The notes under the pieces: generated by a model
Told to the model about the DNA's origin: nothing
What the model saw: the letters and a program-made list of their open reading frames with translations, nothing else
Database searches by the model: none
In this document: one piece after another, positions 37,922 through 48,159 of the stretch
Numbering within the stretch: the stretch's first letter is position 1
Layout: each line of letters starts with the position of its first letter
Program-made: the position numbers and the translations under genes
NCBI GenBank assembly: GCA_036824265.1
Contig: DAITAL010000002.1
Coordinates: 40,764 to 104,763 of the forward strand
Origin: Bacillota bacterium
GTDB lineage: Bacteria; Bacillota_I; Bacilli_A; Izemoplasmatales; Hujiaoplasmataceae
Reading direction: 5' to 3'
Length of the DNA: 64,000 bases

Positions 37922-39706
37922 ATGATTTTTGGCAGACACGTCAACCGTTTCTATCGCAAATACGGCGTCTTCTTCCTGCTGGGCATCGCCGCCCTGATCG
38001 CCGTCGACTTCGCACAACTCGAGATCCCGAATCTGATCGGCTTCATCATCGAGGGGCTGGAGTACGGCAATTTGACGCAGACGGCGCTTCTGGATTATGT
38101 CCGGAGTCTCTTCATCATCGCCATGATCATCGTCGGCGGACGGTTCTTGTGGCGCATTTTCATTTTCGGCACCTCGCGGCGGATCGATTTCGAACTAAGG
38201 AACATGATGTTCACGCACGCCGAAAAACTCTCCCAGAGTTACTATCAGGAAAAGAAATCAGGCGGGTTGATGGCGCTTTTCACCAACGACCTCAACGCGA
38301 TCCGGATGGCATTCGGACCCGGGATCATGATGACATTCGACATTCTTGCCCTCGGCGCCCTTGCCCTTTACCGGATGTACGTTCTTGATCCGACGATCAC
38401 CTACATCGCGCTGATTCCGCTCGCGATGATCGCCATCCTGGCGACGTTCGTCTCCCGGATCACCGGGCGGAAATTCAAAGCGAAGCAGAAAGCCTTCGAA
38501 AACCTGAGCGATTTCACCCAGGAAAACTTCTATGGCATCAGCGTCATCAAGGCGTTCGTCAACGAGCTCCGGGAAATCCGCGCCTTCGCCAAAATCAACC
38601 GGGACAACCTGGAAAAGAACATGGAATTCATCAAGGCGTCGACGCTGTTAAGCGTCGGGATCGAGACGTTCATCAACATCATCAAGATCCTGATGGTCGG
38701 CGTCGGCGGCTACCTCGTCTATCGGAGTGTCGGTCTCTCACTCGGCGATCCCGGGAAGTTCACCATCGGCGATCTGACCCGCTACATCGCCTATTTCGCC
38801 TCGCTTGTCTGGCCGATGATGGCCGTCGGAAGGCTCATCAACATGCGCTCGCAAGCCAAGGCAAGCCTCTCGAGGATCAACCAGTTCCTGGACGAGCCGA
38901 TCGAGATCAGGGATGATCCCGAACCGATCGAGATTGCCGATATCGAGGGGCGGATCACCTTCAACCACCTGACCTTCGCCTATCCCAAGGCCAAGGATGC
39001 GGTGCTCAGGGACATCGTCCTCGAAATCAAGCCCGGCGAGACGGTCGGCATCATCGGGCCGACCGGCTGCGGCAAGACGACGCTTGTCGATCTTCTGGTC
39101 CGGCTTTACAATGTCAAGACCAACGAGATCCTGATCGACAATCACGACATCATGAAACTGCCGATCCGCAAGTTGCGCGAGGCGATCGGCTATGTGCCGC
39201 AGGACAACTTCATCTTTTCCGACATCATCGAGCGCAACATCTCCTTCTCCCAGGATGAGATTGACAAGGACGCGATCGAACAGATGGCCAAATACAGCGA
39301 CGTCCACGACAACATCATCGATTTTCCCGACCGCTATCTGACAATGGTCGGCGAGCGGGGCGTGACGCTTTCCGGTGGTCAGAAACAACGCATCTCGATC
39401 GCCAGGGCGCTGCTCAAAAAACCCAGGATCCTGATTCTGGACGATTCCTTCTCCGCCGTCGACACCAAGACCGAAGAAGCGATCCTCCACAACCTCAATC
39501 TGCTCAATCTGCGCCAGACGATGATCATCATCACCCACCGGATCTCGACGGTCAAGCGCCTTGACCGCATCGTGCTGATGGATGACGGCCGCATCGCGGC
39601 GATCGGCACCCACGAGGAACTACTGGGAGCCTCGAAGATGTATGCGGACATGGTCAGACGCCAGGAACTCGAACTCGAGATCGAAGGCGGTGAGGACCTT
39701 GGCTAA
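37922..39706 (+). CDS. ABC exporter half-transporter (TMD-NBD), subunit 1 of a heterodimeric pair
   Basis: Six-TM N-terminal domain, [36 protein letters not shown]. Confidence 0.9.
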   Translation: MIFGRHVNRFYRKYGVFFLLGIAALIAVDFAQLEIPNLIGFIIEGLEYGNLTQTALLDYVRSLFIIAMIIVGGRFLWRIFIFGTSRRIDFELRNMMFTHAEKLSQSYYQEKKSGGLMALFTNDLNAIRMAFGPGIMMTFDILALGALALYRMYVLDPTITYIALIPLAMIAILATFVSRITGRKFKAKQKAFENLSDFTQENFYGISVIKAFVNELREIRAFAKINRDNLEKNMEFIKASTLLSVGIETFINIIKILMVGVGGYLVYRSVGLSLGDPGKFTIGDLTRYIAYFASLVWPMMAVGRLINMRSQAKASLSRINQFLDEPIEIRDDPEPIEIADIEGRITFNHLTFAYPKAKDAVLRDIVLEIKPGETVGIIGPTGCGKTTLVDLLVRLYNVKTNEILIDNHDIMKLPIRKLREAIGYVPQDNFIFSDIIERNISFSQDEIDKDAIEQMAKYSDVHDNIIDFPDRYLTMVGERGVTLSGGQKQRISIARALLKKPRILILDDSFSAVDTKTEEAILHNLNLLNLRQTMIIITHRISTVKRLDRIVLMDDGRIAAIGTHEELLGASKMYADMVRRQELELEIEGGEDLG

Positions 39707-41486
39707 GAGTTTTGCGGACATCGACCTCGTCCAAAACCGCAAGATGACCGACGGTCTCATCATCAAGAGGCTGTTGCGGTATGTCAAGCCGTTCATCGCC
39801 GAACTCATCGTTTCGTTTCTGCTCGTGCTGCTCGTCGTCGCCGTCGACCTCGTCGGACCGCTGCTCATCTCCGAGGCGATCGACACCCTGGCGGCGCCGG
39901 AAATCGTCTTCGGCCGCGTGGTCGCGATCGTTGCCGGCTATTTCGCCGTTCTCGCCGTCGGCGCCCTGATCGCCTATAAACAGACGATGGTCCTCCAATC
40001 CGCGGGGCAGAAAATCATCTATGACATCCGGGCGGATGTGTTTTCCCATATCGAATCGCTCGCCGTGGACACATTCAACCATATTCCGATCGGCAAACTC
40101 GTCACCCGGGTCTCATCCGACATCGATACCTTGAACACCCTTTACACCGATGTGTTGGTGAATTTCTTCAAATACACGATCACGATCGTCGGCGTGTTCG
40201 CGATCATGTTCATCAAGGACTGGCGGCTGACGCTCGCCGTTTCGGCGGTCGTGCCCTTCGTCTTCATCGCCGCGTTCGTGTTCAGAAAGTTCGCGCGCAA
40301 GGCTTACCGGAAAGTGAGGGCGAACGTCTCGATCATCAACGCCTTCTTGTCCGAGCATCTGTCGGGAATGAAACTGATCCAGATCTTCAACCGGGAAGAC
40401 CGGAAATTCCAGGAATTCCGCCGGAAAAATCTCGATCTCAACCAAAGTTATCTCCAGCAGACATTCGCCTTCAGCCTGTATCGGCCGTTGATGTATTTGT
40501 TGTACGTCGTTGCCCTGATCATCGTTTTGTGGACGGGATCCTTGCGCGTGCTGGGCGGCTTCCTTTCCTTCGGCATGCTGTTCGCCTTCACGCAATACAT
40601 CAACAAGTTCTTCAATCCGATCCAGGAACTCGCCGAGCAGTTCGACACGTTGCAGTCCGCGTTCACCTCGGGCGAGCGGATCTTCGAGATCCTCGACACC
40701 AAGCCGCTGATCACCGACAGCGAAGACGCCATCGAACTCACCGAACTCAAGGGCAAGATCGAGTTCCGGAACGTCTGGTTCGCCTATCAGGCGGACGACT
40801 GGATCCTGAAGGATGTCTCGTTTGTCATCAATCCCAAGGAAACACTCGCCCTGGTCGGAGCGACCGGCTCCGGCAAGACGACGATCATCAGCCTCATCGT
40901 CCGCAATTACGACATCCAACGCGGCCAGATCCTGATCGACGACATCGACATCAAAGCTATCAAGATCGCTTCGCTCAGACGCCAGATCGGTCAGATGCTC
41001 CAGGATGTGTTCCTGTTCTCGGGCACGATCGAATCGAACATCCGGCTGCGCGACGAGCGCATCACGGACCTCGAGATCCTTGAAGCGTGCAAGTATGTCA
41101 ATGCCGACAAGTTCATCAACCGGCTGCCCCTGAAGTACGACGAGGCAGTCCGGGAGCGCGGCAACAACTTTTCCGCCGGCGAGCGCCAGCTTCTGTCCTT
41201 CGCCCGCGCGCTGTCGCACAAACCCGCGGTGATGATCCTCGACGAGGCGACGGCCAACATCGACACCGAAACCGAGATCCTGATCCAGGAATCGCTCAAG
41301 AAACTGATGAATATCGGCACGATGATCATCGTCGCCCACAGGCTCTCGACGATCCAGCACGCCGACAAGATCATCGTCATGCAGAAGGGGAAGATCATCG
41401 AAGCCGGCAACCACCAGCAGTTGCTGAGACGGCGGGGGCACTATTACAACCTATACAAACTCCAGTACGAAGCCGACAACCATTGA
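39699..41486 (+). CDS. ABC exporter half-transporter (TMD-NBD), subunit 2
   Basis: ...KRLLRYVKPFIAEL..., GATGSGKTTI, FSAGERQLLSFARAL, MILDEATANID. Start uncertain: TTG 39699, GTG 39690 or ATG 39744. The ORF opens at 39582 inside the upstream gene. Confidence 0.85.
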   Translation: MAKSFADIDLVQNRKMTDGLIIKRLLRYVKPFIAELIVSFLLVLLVVAVDLVGPLLISEAIDTLAAPEIVFGRVVAIVAGYFAVLAVGALIAYKQTMVLQSAGQKIIYDIRADVFSHIESLAVDTFNHIPIGKLVTRVSSDIDTLNTLYTDVLVNFFKYTITIVGVFAIMFIKDWRLTLAVSAVVPFVFIAAFVFRKFARKAYRKVRANVSIINAFLSEHLSGMKLIQIFNREDRKFQEFRRKNLDLNQSYLQQTFAFSLYRPLMYLLYVVALIIVLWTGSLRVLGGFLSFGMLFAFTQYINKFFNPIQELAEQFDTLQSAFTSGERIFEILDTKPLITDSEDAIELTELKGKIEFRNVWFAYQADDWILKDVSFVINPKETLALVGATGSGKTTIISLIVRNYDIQRGQILIDDIDIKAIKIASLRRQIGQMLQDVFLFSGTIESNIRLRDERITDLEILEACKYVNADKFINRLPLKYDEAVRERGNNFSAGERQLLSFARALSHKPAVMILDEATANIDTETEILIQESLKKLMNIGTMIIVAHRLSTIQHADKIIVMQKGKIIEAGNHQQLLRRRGHYYNLYKLQYEADNH

Positions 41487-41582
41487 TCACCACACCAAAA
41501 GTGCGCTTCCGAACCGATAGGCCATGTGGAAAACCGAGCGATAATGTGATACAATAGGCTTATCAATCCACCGGAGGCTGTC

Positions 41583-43103
41583 ATGAAACGGTATTTTCTC
41601 CTTGTCGCCCTCGTGATCGTCTTCCTGTTCGCCTACACGTTCACCCTGGCGCAATATATCAGTCTGTCGTTTCTTCTGGATTTGCTGCCGCACAACATCG
41701 CCGTCTATTTCCTGATCGGGTTTTTGTGGCTGCTCGCGCTTGTGATTGTGATCGTCATCGTCCTCAAACAGACCTACGCCTATAAAAAAAGCCATTGGCT
41801 GATCATCCTCCTGCTCAATCCGATCCTCGGCGTCCTGCTTTATTTCATCTTTGCCCGGGAATTCATCACCAGAAGGTTTCCCAAGACCAGGCCCTTGATC
41901 GCCGCCAAAGCCTTCCTTGGCCTTGAAGAGCAGACCACGGTCGACTATGGGAAGCGCGATTATGGAAACATCTTCCGCTTCATCCGTGAAACCACCGGCA
42001 GAGCGGTCTACCAGGACGACACCATGATCGAGATTCTCAATAACGGCGACGTTTTCTTTCCCAGATTGATCGCCGAGCTCGAGCAGGCGAAAAAATACAT
42101 CTTCATGGAATTCTACATCATCAAGACGGACATTATCGGCAGCCGCGTCCTCGACATCCTCAAAGCCAAGGCCGAGGCGGGAGTCGACGTCTATCTGATC
42201 TACGACCATCTCGGCAGCAACCGCTACCTGAACAACAAATACATGCGCACGCTGGCGGCAGCCGGCGTCAGGATCGGCGTCTTCGATCCGCAGACGATCT
42301 CGGTCTTCAACAGCAATCTCAATTTTCGCAATCATCGCAAAGCGACCGTCATCGACGGCGTTGTCGGCTTCATCGGCGGCATGAACCTGGCAGACGAATA
42401 CAACCATGGGTCCTCGCGGTTCGGCTTCTGGCGCGACACCCACATCCTGGCCCGCGGGAATGGCGTCACCAGCATCCAGAACGTGTTCGTCAAGGACTGG
42501 TACTATATCACCGCGGAAGTCCTCGATTATCCGATGGACAAGACCGTCGTCGGCTTCAAGGGACTCGCGGCTTTCATCGAATCCGGTCCCGACTACGAGA
42601 ACGGCCTGATTCGGGACGTCTATCTCAAGATGTTCCACGATGCGAAGAAATCGATCAAGATCGTCACGCCCTACCTGATCATCGAGCCGGAAATGCTGGC
42701 GGCGATCAAAATCGCCGTGAAGAGCAATCTTGCGGTCGAACTCCTCGTTCCCGGCAAAAGCGACTACGCGTTGGTCGGCCACGCCACCCGCTCCTATTAT
42801 GAGCAACTGCTCCGTTTAGGCGTCAGGATCTACGAATACAAAGACCATTTCGTCCATTCGAAGATCTTCATCGTCGATGATCTGGTCGCCTCCGTCGGCT
42901 CCGTCAACTTCGATCCGCGGAGTTTCCACCTGAGTTTCGAAGTCACCACGATCTTCTACAACCACGCGGTCAAGGACCTGGTCCAGAGTTTCCACAACGA
43001 TTTGCTGGTCTGCCGGGAGATCGTTCTGGAAGACTGGATGAGACGCGGACCTATCAAACGCTTCATCCAGGGGCTTCTCAATTTGTTCAGTCCCCTATTC
43101 TAG
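41583..43103 (+). CDS. cls: cardiolipin synthase
   Basis: Two N-terminal TM helices and two HKD motifs (HRKATVIDG...GGMN; HSKIFIVDD...GSVN). Confidence 0.93.
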   Translation: MKRYFLLVALVIVFLFAYTFTLAQYISLSFLLDLLPHNIAVYFLIGFLWLLALVIVIVIVLKQTYAYKKSHWLIILLLNPILGVLLYFIFAREFITRRFPKTRPLIAAKAFLGLEEQTTVDYGKRDYGNIFRFIRETTGRAVYQDDTMIEILNNGDVFFPRLIAELEQAKKYIFMEFYIIKTDIIGSRVLDILKAKAEAGVDVYLIYDHLGSNRYLNNKYMRTLAAAGVRIGVFDPQTISVFNSNLNFRNHRKATVIDGVVGFIGGMNLADEYNHGSSRFGFWRDTHILARGNGVTSIQNVFVKDWYYITAEVLDYPMDKTVVGFKGLAAFIESGPDYENGLIRDVYLKMFHDAKKSIKIVTPYLIIEPEMLAAIKIAVKSNLAVELLVPGKSDYALVGHATRSYYEQLLRLGVRIYEYKDHFVHSKIFIVDDLVASVGSVNFDPRSFHLSFEVTTIFYNHAVKDLVQSFHNDLLVCREIVLEDWMRRGPIKRFIQGLLNLFSPLF

Positions 43104-43120
43104 AGTCATGAGGTGAGTAT

Positions 43121-44401
43121 ATGTTTCTGGCAATCACGGATACCATCGGCATCGTCCTGCTCGTTTTGGTGCTGGCAGGCGTCATCGCCGACATCTTCCT
43201 CAACTTAAAGAAGACGAAACCGGCCGGCTTCGACAAAGTTGAGGCAACGCTTGTCAAAGGCGTTGACGATTTGAAGACATCGATGATGAGGACGGTTTAT
43301 GAATCGATGCTCAAATTCAACCAGGATGTCAACAACCTGCTTCGGGAAACAAGCGAGAAATCGGGCAAGGACATCTCCGAATTCCGGCTGGACGTGAACA
43401 AGGAATTGGCGGGTTTCCAGGAGAAACTGACCGGCAGGCTCCAAGCCGATTTCAAGTCGCTCACCGAAGAGATCAACGGCAAAATGGCGAAAATCAACGA
43501 TCAGGTCGACAACCGGCTCGAGAAAGGCTTCCTCGATGCCAACGCGACGTTCATCCAGATCGCCGAACGCGTCAAGATCATCGATGAGGCGCAAAAGAAG
43601 ATCGAAGGACTTTCCACGGAAATGATCGGACTGCAGAACATCTTGGCTAACAACCAGGCCCGCGGTTCGTTCGGTGAATACCAGCTGAACCAGCTGCTCT
43701 TCAGCGTCTTCGGGGAAAACAACCGGCTGTATGAGACCCAATACACCATCAGGGAGCAACGCGGCAAACAGGAGTCGGTCCGCGCCGACGCCATCATCCA
43801 CATGCCCGAACCCCACAAGTTGGTCGCAATCGACTCCAAGTTTCCGTTTTCCTCATACGCCAAACTCTTCGACAACAAGGATCTCGCCAAGGATGAGGAA
43901 GATAAACTCATCCAGGCCTTCGCCGCGGAAGTCAGGAAGCACATCACCGATATCGGCAACAAATACATAATCGACGGCACAACCGCCAACTACGCGCTGA
44001 TGTTCGTGGCAAGCGACGGGATCTTGTCCCTGCTCCATTCGCGTCTGCCGCAGACGATCGAATACGCCCGCAGCAAGAACGTGACGATCGTCTCGCCAAC
44101 GACAATCATTCCGCTGCTTTCGAGTTTCCAGGCGGCGGTGATCGACTTCGAGAAGACCAAATATGCCCGCGAGATCGACAGCCAACTCAAACTATTGAAC
44201 AAGGAATTCGAAATCTTCGGCCGCGACTGGGCCAAGCTCAGCCAGAACATCCGGAATCTCACCAGGCAGAGCGATGCCGTCGATCGCCGGGTAACGCGGA
44301 TCACAGACAAGTTCGATCGCATCCAAAAAGCCGACTTCAGCACCGAGGAAGTTGGGGAGGAAACCGAGCCCGACAGCATGGACGAAGCAGAGGAACGCTG
44401 A
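43121..44401 (+). CDS. rmuC: DNA recombination protein RmuC
   Basis: N-terminal TM, long coiled coil, then ...RGSFGEYQLNQLL...ADAIIHMPEPHKLVAIDSKFP... Confidence 0.88.
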   Translation: MFLAITDTIGIVLLVLVLAGVIADIFLNLKKTKPAGFDKVEATLVKGVDDLKTSMMRTVYESMLKFNQDVNNLLRETSEKSGKDISEFRLDVNKELAGFQEKLTGRLQADFKSLTEEINGKMAKINDQVDNRLEKGFLDANATFIQIAERVKIIDEAQKKIEGLSTEMIGLQNILANNQARGSFGEYQLNQLLFSVFGENNRLYETQYTIREQRGKQESVRADAIIHMPEPHKLVAIDSKFPFSSYAKLFDNKDLAKDEEDKLIQAFAAEVRKHITDIGNKYIIDGTTANYALMFVASDGILSLLHSRLPQTIEYARSKNVTIVSPTTIIPLLSSFQAAVIDFEKTKYAREIDSQLKLLNKEFEIFGRDWAKLSQNIRNLTRQSDAVDRRVTRITDKFDRIQKADFSTEEVGEETEPDSMDEAEER

Positions 44402-44442
44402 ACACCAATTGGGATAATTTTCGTTTTTTCGGGAAATATGCC

Positions 44443-44471
44443 TTGCATTTTTTTAACAAACCGCATATAAT
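44443..44471 (+). promoter_or_regulatory. sigma-A type promoter of the cold-shock gene
   Basis: TTGCAT, 17 nt spacer, TATAAT. Confidence 0.65.
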
Positions 44472-44505
44472 GTTTTTAGTATCGAAATAATATAAGGAGA
44501 AACAA

Positions 44506-44703
44506 ATGAACGGAACAGTCAAATGGTTTAATGCAGAAAAGGGTTATGGCTTCATCACTGATGAAAATGGCAAGGATATCTTCGCTCATTACTCAGCGAT
44601 CCAAGGTGAGGGATACAAAGCCCTTGAAAACGGCCAAGCTGTCAGCTTTGATGTCGTTGAAGGCGCCAGGGGCCCTCAGGCTGCCAATATAGTAAAGCGT
44701 TAA
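44506..44703 (+). CDS. cold-shock protein (CspA family)
   Basis: [49 protein letters not shown]... (RNP1/RNP2 motifs). Confidence 0.97.
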   Translation: MNGTVKWFNAEKGYGFITDENGKDIFAHYSAIQGEGYKALENGQAVSFDVVEGARGPQAANIVKR

Positions 44704-44734
44704 GTTTACTGTAGTAACCGCAAAAACCAGAAAA

Positions 44735-44761
44735 AGAGCACTCCGAAGGTGTTCTTTTTTT
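44735..44761 (+). terminator. rho-independent terminator after csp
   Basis: AGAGCAC / GTGTTCT stem (one G-U pair), T7 run. A second hairpin plus TTTT lies at 44778-44799. Confidence 0.7.
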
Positions 44762-44875
44762 ATTCCGGACGCGGAAGGCCGGCACCCGCCGGTCTTTTCG
44801 CGATAATCGGGGGTATTCCTTGAAAATCCCCCGGCGATGACCTATAATTGTAAGGAGAAAGCGAAGGTGAGCCGC

Positions 44876-46213
44876 ATGAAACTGACCAACACCTACACGA
44901 ATCAACTTGAGGAGTTCGTCCCGCTCGTTCCGGGCGAGGTCTCGATCTACGTCTGCGGACCCACGGTCTACAACTACATCCATATCGGCAACGCCCGCCC
45001 GCCGGTGCTTTTCGACACGCTCAGGCGCTATTTCGAGGCCAAGGGCAACAAAGTGCGGTTCGTCTCCAACTTCACCGACGTCGACGATAAGATCATCAAC
45101 AGCGCCAGAGCGACCAACGAGACGGAAAGCGCGATCAGCACCCGCTTCATCGAAGCCTATTTGGCCGATCTCGCAAGTCTCAACTGCAAGACCGATTACA
45201 TCCAACCGAAAGTCACGGACTACATCGATTCCATCATCGGCTATATCGAAAGCCTGATCAAAGGCGGCTACGCCTATCTGGTAAATGGCGATGTCTATTT
45301 CCGCGTCAACAGCATCGCCGAGTACGGCCGTCTGAGCAACCGCAAACTGGACGATCTCCTCCAGGGCGCCCGTGTCGAGGTCAATCCCGACAAGGAGAAT
45401 CCGCTCGATTTCACGCTTTGGAAACGAACCGAGGCCGGGTTGAACTGGGATTCGCCGTTTTCCCGCGGCCGCCCCGGCTGGCATACCGAATGCGTGGCGA
45501 TGATCGACCACCTCTTCGGCGGCATGATCGACATCCACGGCGGCGGCGCGGATCTGGTGTTCCCCCACCACGAGAACGAGATCGCCCAATCACTCGCCTG
45601 CCACAACCATCCCGTCGCCAAATACTGGCTCCACAATGGCCGGCTGCAATTCGAGGGCGAGAAGATGAGCAAGAGCCTGGGCAACGTCGTGCTGGTCAAG
45701 GATTTTCCCGGAAACAGGATGGCGCTCAGACTGTTTCTGCTTTCGACCCACTACCGCGCGCCGATCAACTATACTGAGCAAAGCATCGAGATGTACCGCG
45801 AGGAATGGGACAGACTGGAAAAGACGATGAATGCGCTCTACCGCGCCATCGACCTGCGGGGCGGTTTCGCCGTTTCGCGCGCCATCACCGATCCCGAGAT
45901 ATCCGCCCGCCTGCTGGCGTTCGATGAGGCCATGGAGGCCGACATCAACACCGCGAACGCGATCACCGAACTGCAAGCCCTCCTCAAGTTCGCCAACGTT
46001 GAAATCCGGCGCAAAGGCAACTTGGCCCGTCTGCAGGAGCTTGCGGAAGGCCTCGGGTACATGCTCGAGATCCTCGGTCTGAAGTTTTCCCCCAACCGCT
46101 TGCGGGCAGATGACATCGCTCTGATCCATCAGTGGGAACAGCTGCGCAAGGAAAAAAACTATGAGGCGGCGGACCGCCTCCGCCAGGAACTGATCCGGCG
46201 GGGACTGGCATGA
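44876..46213 (+). CDS. cysS: cysteine--tRNA ligase
   Basis: MKLTNTYTNQLEEFVPL...CGPTVYNYIHIGNARP...KMSKSLGN. GTG 44867 is an alternative start. The track ORF (44837) is trimmed. Confidence 0.95.
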   Translation: MKLTNTYTNQLEEFVPLVPGEVSIYVCGPTVYNYIHIGNARPPVLFDTLRRYFEAKGNKVRFVSNFTDVDDKIINSARATNETESAISTRFIEAYLADLASLNCKTDYIQPKVTDYIDSIIGYIESLIKGGYAYLVNGDVYFRVNSIAEYGRLSNRKLDDLLQGARVEVNPDKENPLDFTLWKRTEAGLNWDSPFSRGRPGWHTECVAMIDHLFGGMIDIHGGGADLVFPHHENEIAQSLACHNHPVAKYWLHNGRLQFEGEKMSKSLGNVVLVKDFPGNRMALRLFLLSTHYRAPINYTEQSIEMYREEWDRLEKTMNALYRAIDLRGGFAVSRAITDPEISARLLAFDEAMEADINTANAITELQALLKFANVEIRRKGNLARLQELAEGLGYMLEILGLKFSPNRLRADDIALIHQWEQLRKEKNYEAADRLRQELIRRGLA

Positions 46214-46593
46214 ACCAGCACAACGGACAGACGCTGGCTTATCTCGGCGACGCCTGTTTCGAACTGGCCATCCGCGATTACCTGCTCGCCAGGGGATGGA
46301 CCAAGGTCAACGACCTCCATCGTCAGGCCGTCAGATACACTTCGGCGATGGGCCAGGCGCTGGCGATGGCCAGACTGCTGGAGACAGAGTTGAACGAAAC
46401 GGAAATCGCCGTCTTCAAGCGGGGCCGCAACGCCGAAGCCACCCGCAAACCGAAAAACGTCACGTTGTCAACCTACCATCAGGCGACGGGATTCGAGGCC
46501 TTGCTTGGACATCTGTATCTTGAGAAGAACCATGGTCGCCTCGAGGAAATCATCGCCTTTGCCATCCGCGCGATTGAGGAAAACCCCGACTGA
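46210..46593 (+). CDS. mrnC: Mini-ribonuclease 3
   Basis: ...LAYLGDACFELAIRDYLL...ATGFEALLGHLYL. ATGA overlap with cysS. Synteny as in B. subtilis yazC. Confidence 0.92.
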   Translation: MNQHNGQTLAYLGDACFELAIRDYLLARGWTKVNDLHRQAVRYTSAMGQALAMARLLETELNETEIAVFKRGRNAEATRKPKNVTLSTYHQATGFEALLGHLYLEKNHGRLEEIIAFAIRAIEENPD

Positions 46594-46677
46594 TGCCGGA
46601 GTTTTCCTTTTCCGACAACCGGCCTGTTTCAAAACGAAATCCCCTCGGTTTGTGATAAAATGAAAGTGGTGAGATGC

Positions 46678-47394
46678 ATGTCATTTATGATCTACGGCAA
46701 GAATTCGGTTCTCGAGGCGCTCAAGGCCAGACGGAAATTCGTGAAAACATACATTCAGACGGGAACCAACGACGACATCATCCTCAAGATGAACGCCGCC
46801 AAGATCCCCGTGTTTTTCCTTGAGAAGAAGCAGTTCGGGGAAAAATACCAGGGTCACAACCAGGGTGTCGTCGCCGAGGTCGAGGATTACCGCACGCTCA
46901 CCCTCGAACAGTTCTTGACCAAGACCGACATCACCCAGGAACCCGTGATCCTGATGCTTGACGAGATCCAGGATCCGCACAACCTCGGCGCGATCGTCAG
47001 AAGCGCGGAAGCGGGCGGGGTCAAGGCTGTCATCATCCCCAAGAACAGAAGCGTAGGCATCACGCCGGCAGTCGTCAAGACCGCCTCGGGCGCGATCGAG
47101 TATGTCGACATCATCGAGGTCGTCAATCTGACCCAGACCGCGGAAAAGCTCAAAAGCGAAGGCTACTGGATCGTCGGCACCACGCCGGATGCCAAGATGT
47201 CCTACGAAGAGATATATATCGACAGGCCGCTGTGCGTGATCATCGGCAACGAGGGCAAGGGCATGGGGCGGCTGCTCAAGGAACATTGCGATCTGCTTGT
47301 GAAGATTCCCATGCGCGGCCGGATCAACAGTCTCAACGCCTCGGTCAGCGCCGGCATCATCATTTTCGACATTTCCCGGAGAAAGCAGGGTTGA
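46678..47394 (+). CDS. rlmB: 23S rRNA (guanosine2251-2'-O)-methyltransferase (SpoU/TrmH family)
   Basis: MSFMIYGKNSVLEAL...DEIQDPHNLGAIVRSAEAGG...IGNEGKGM...SLNASVSAGI. The ORF opens at 46660, but TGaTAAAAT (46653-46661) overlaps it. ATG 46678 has an RBS. Confidence 0.9.
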   Translation: MSFMIYGKNSVLEALKARRKFVKTYIQTGTNDDIILKMNAAKIPVFFLEKKQFGEKYQGHNQGVVAEVEDYRTLTLEQFLTKTDITQEPVILMLDEIQDPHNLGAIVRSAEAGGVKAVIIPKNRSVGITPAVVKTASGAIEYVDIIEVVNLTQTAEKLKSEGYWIVGTTPDAKMSYEEIYIDRPLCVIIGNEGKGMGRLLKEHCDLLVKIPMRGRINSLNASVSAGIIIFDISRRKQG

Positions 47395-47397
47395 CGG

Positions 47398-47940
47398 TTG
47401 GATTTTCGCGATCACAACGACTTCGAGATCATCAGCATGATCAAGCAGGGCAACGAAGAGGCCCTGGCCCTGATGGTCGAGAAGTACCGGTACTTGATTG
47501 CGAAAAAAATCAAGAAATTCAACCTGACAAACGAATTCGATGATTGCTTTCAAGAAGGTCTGATGGTGCTCTACCGCTCCGCGATCCGCTTTGACGAGCG
47601 CTATGCTAAATCCTTCACCCGCTACTTCGAGCGCAATTTCGAAAATCACCTGATCTCGGTGATCAGGAAACGCTCGAGCTACGGCCGCTTTCTCGCCACC
47701 AAGAGCGCCCTGCTTGCGGACCTCACCGTCAGGGAGCCGGCCGCATCCGCCTACTCCCACGAGGAGATCCTGGCGGTCGCCGGCGAGTTTTCCGCCTTTG
47801 AGGCGCAAGTCTTCCGGATGCGGTATCTTCACGAACTGTCGCCCGCCGAGACCGCCGTCAGCCTGAACTGCGAAATCAAAAAAGTCTACAATGCGATGGA
47901 TAGGATCCGCCACAAGCTGAAAATGCATTTGGACACATGA
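47398..47940 (+). CDS. sigH: sigma-70 family sigma factor, SigH-like (180 aa)
   Basis: Region 2 (...FDDCFQEGLMVLYRSAIRFD...) and a region 4 HTH (...LSPAETAVSLNCEIKKVYNAMDRIRHKL). Located in the conserved rlmB-[sigH]-rpmG-secE-nusG position. TTG start. Confidence 0.75.
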   Translation: MDFRDHNDFEIISMIKQGNEEALALMVEKYRYLIAKKIKKFNLTNEFDDCFQEGLMVLYRSAIRFDERYAKSFTRYFERNFENHLISVIRKRSSYGRFLATKSALLADLTVREPAASAYSHEEILAVAGEFSAFEAQVFRMRYLHELSPAETAVSLNCEIKKVYNAMDRIRHKLKMHLDT

Positions 47941-47945
47941 TTTTC

Positions 47946-47974
47946 TTGACAATCGCCGCGATTTTTGATAAAGT
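47946..47974 (+). promoter_or_regulatory. sigma-A type promoter of rpmG-secE-nusG
   Basis: TTGACA, 17 nt spacer with TGa, TAAAGT. Confidence 0.6.
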
Positions 47975-47990
47975 TATTAAAGCAAGCGAG

Positions 47991-48149
47991 ATGAGAAAAC
48001 CAATGAAAAACAAAGCCGTCCTGGTTTGTCAGGAATGCCTTTCAAGGAACTACGAAATCAAGAAGAAGCCAAACGCCGCGACGCGGTTTTCCATTACCAA
48101 ATTCTGCAAGAAATGCAACAAGCACACCCTGCACAAGGAAAGCAAGTAG
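47991..48149 (+). CDS. rpmG: 50S ribosomal protein L33 (Zn-ribbon form)
   Basis: MRKPMKNKAVLVCQECLSRNYEIKKKPNAATRFSITKFCKKCNKHTLHKESK. ATG 48003 is an alternative start. The track ORF (47937) is trimmed because the promoter lies within it. Confidence 0.93.
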   Translation: MRKPMKNKAVLVCQECLSRNYEIKKKPNAATRFSITKFCKKCNKHTLHKESK

Positions 48150-48159
48150 GAGGAATACC

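Noticed and set aside
39582-39698. 5' extension of the second ABC exporter ORF, overlapping the first by 125 nt
   Set aside because: The extension is the alternate frame of the upstream NBD C-terminus. The conserved N-terminus (...KRLLRYVKPF...) begins after 39690-39744.
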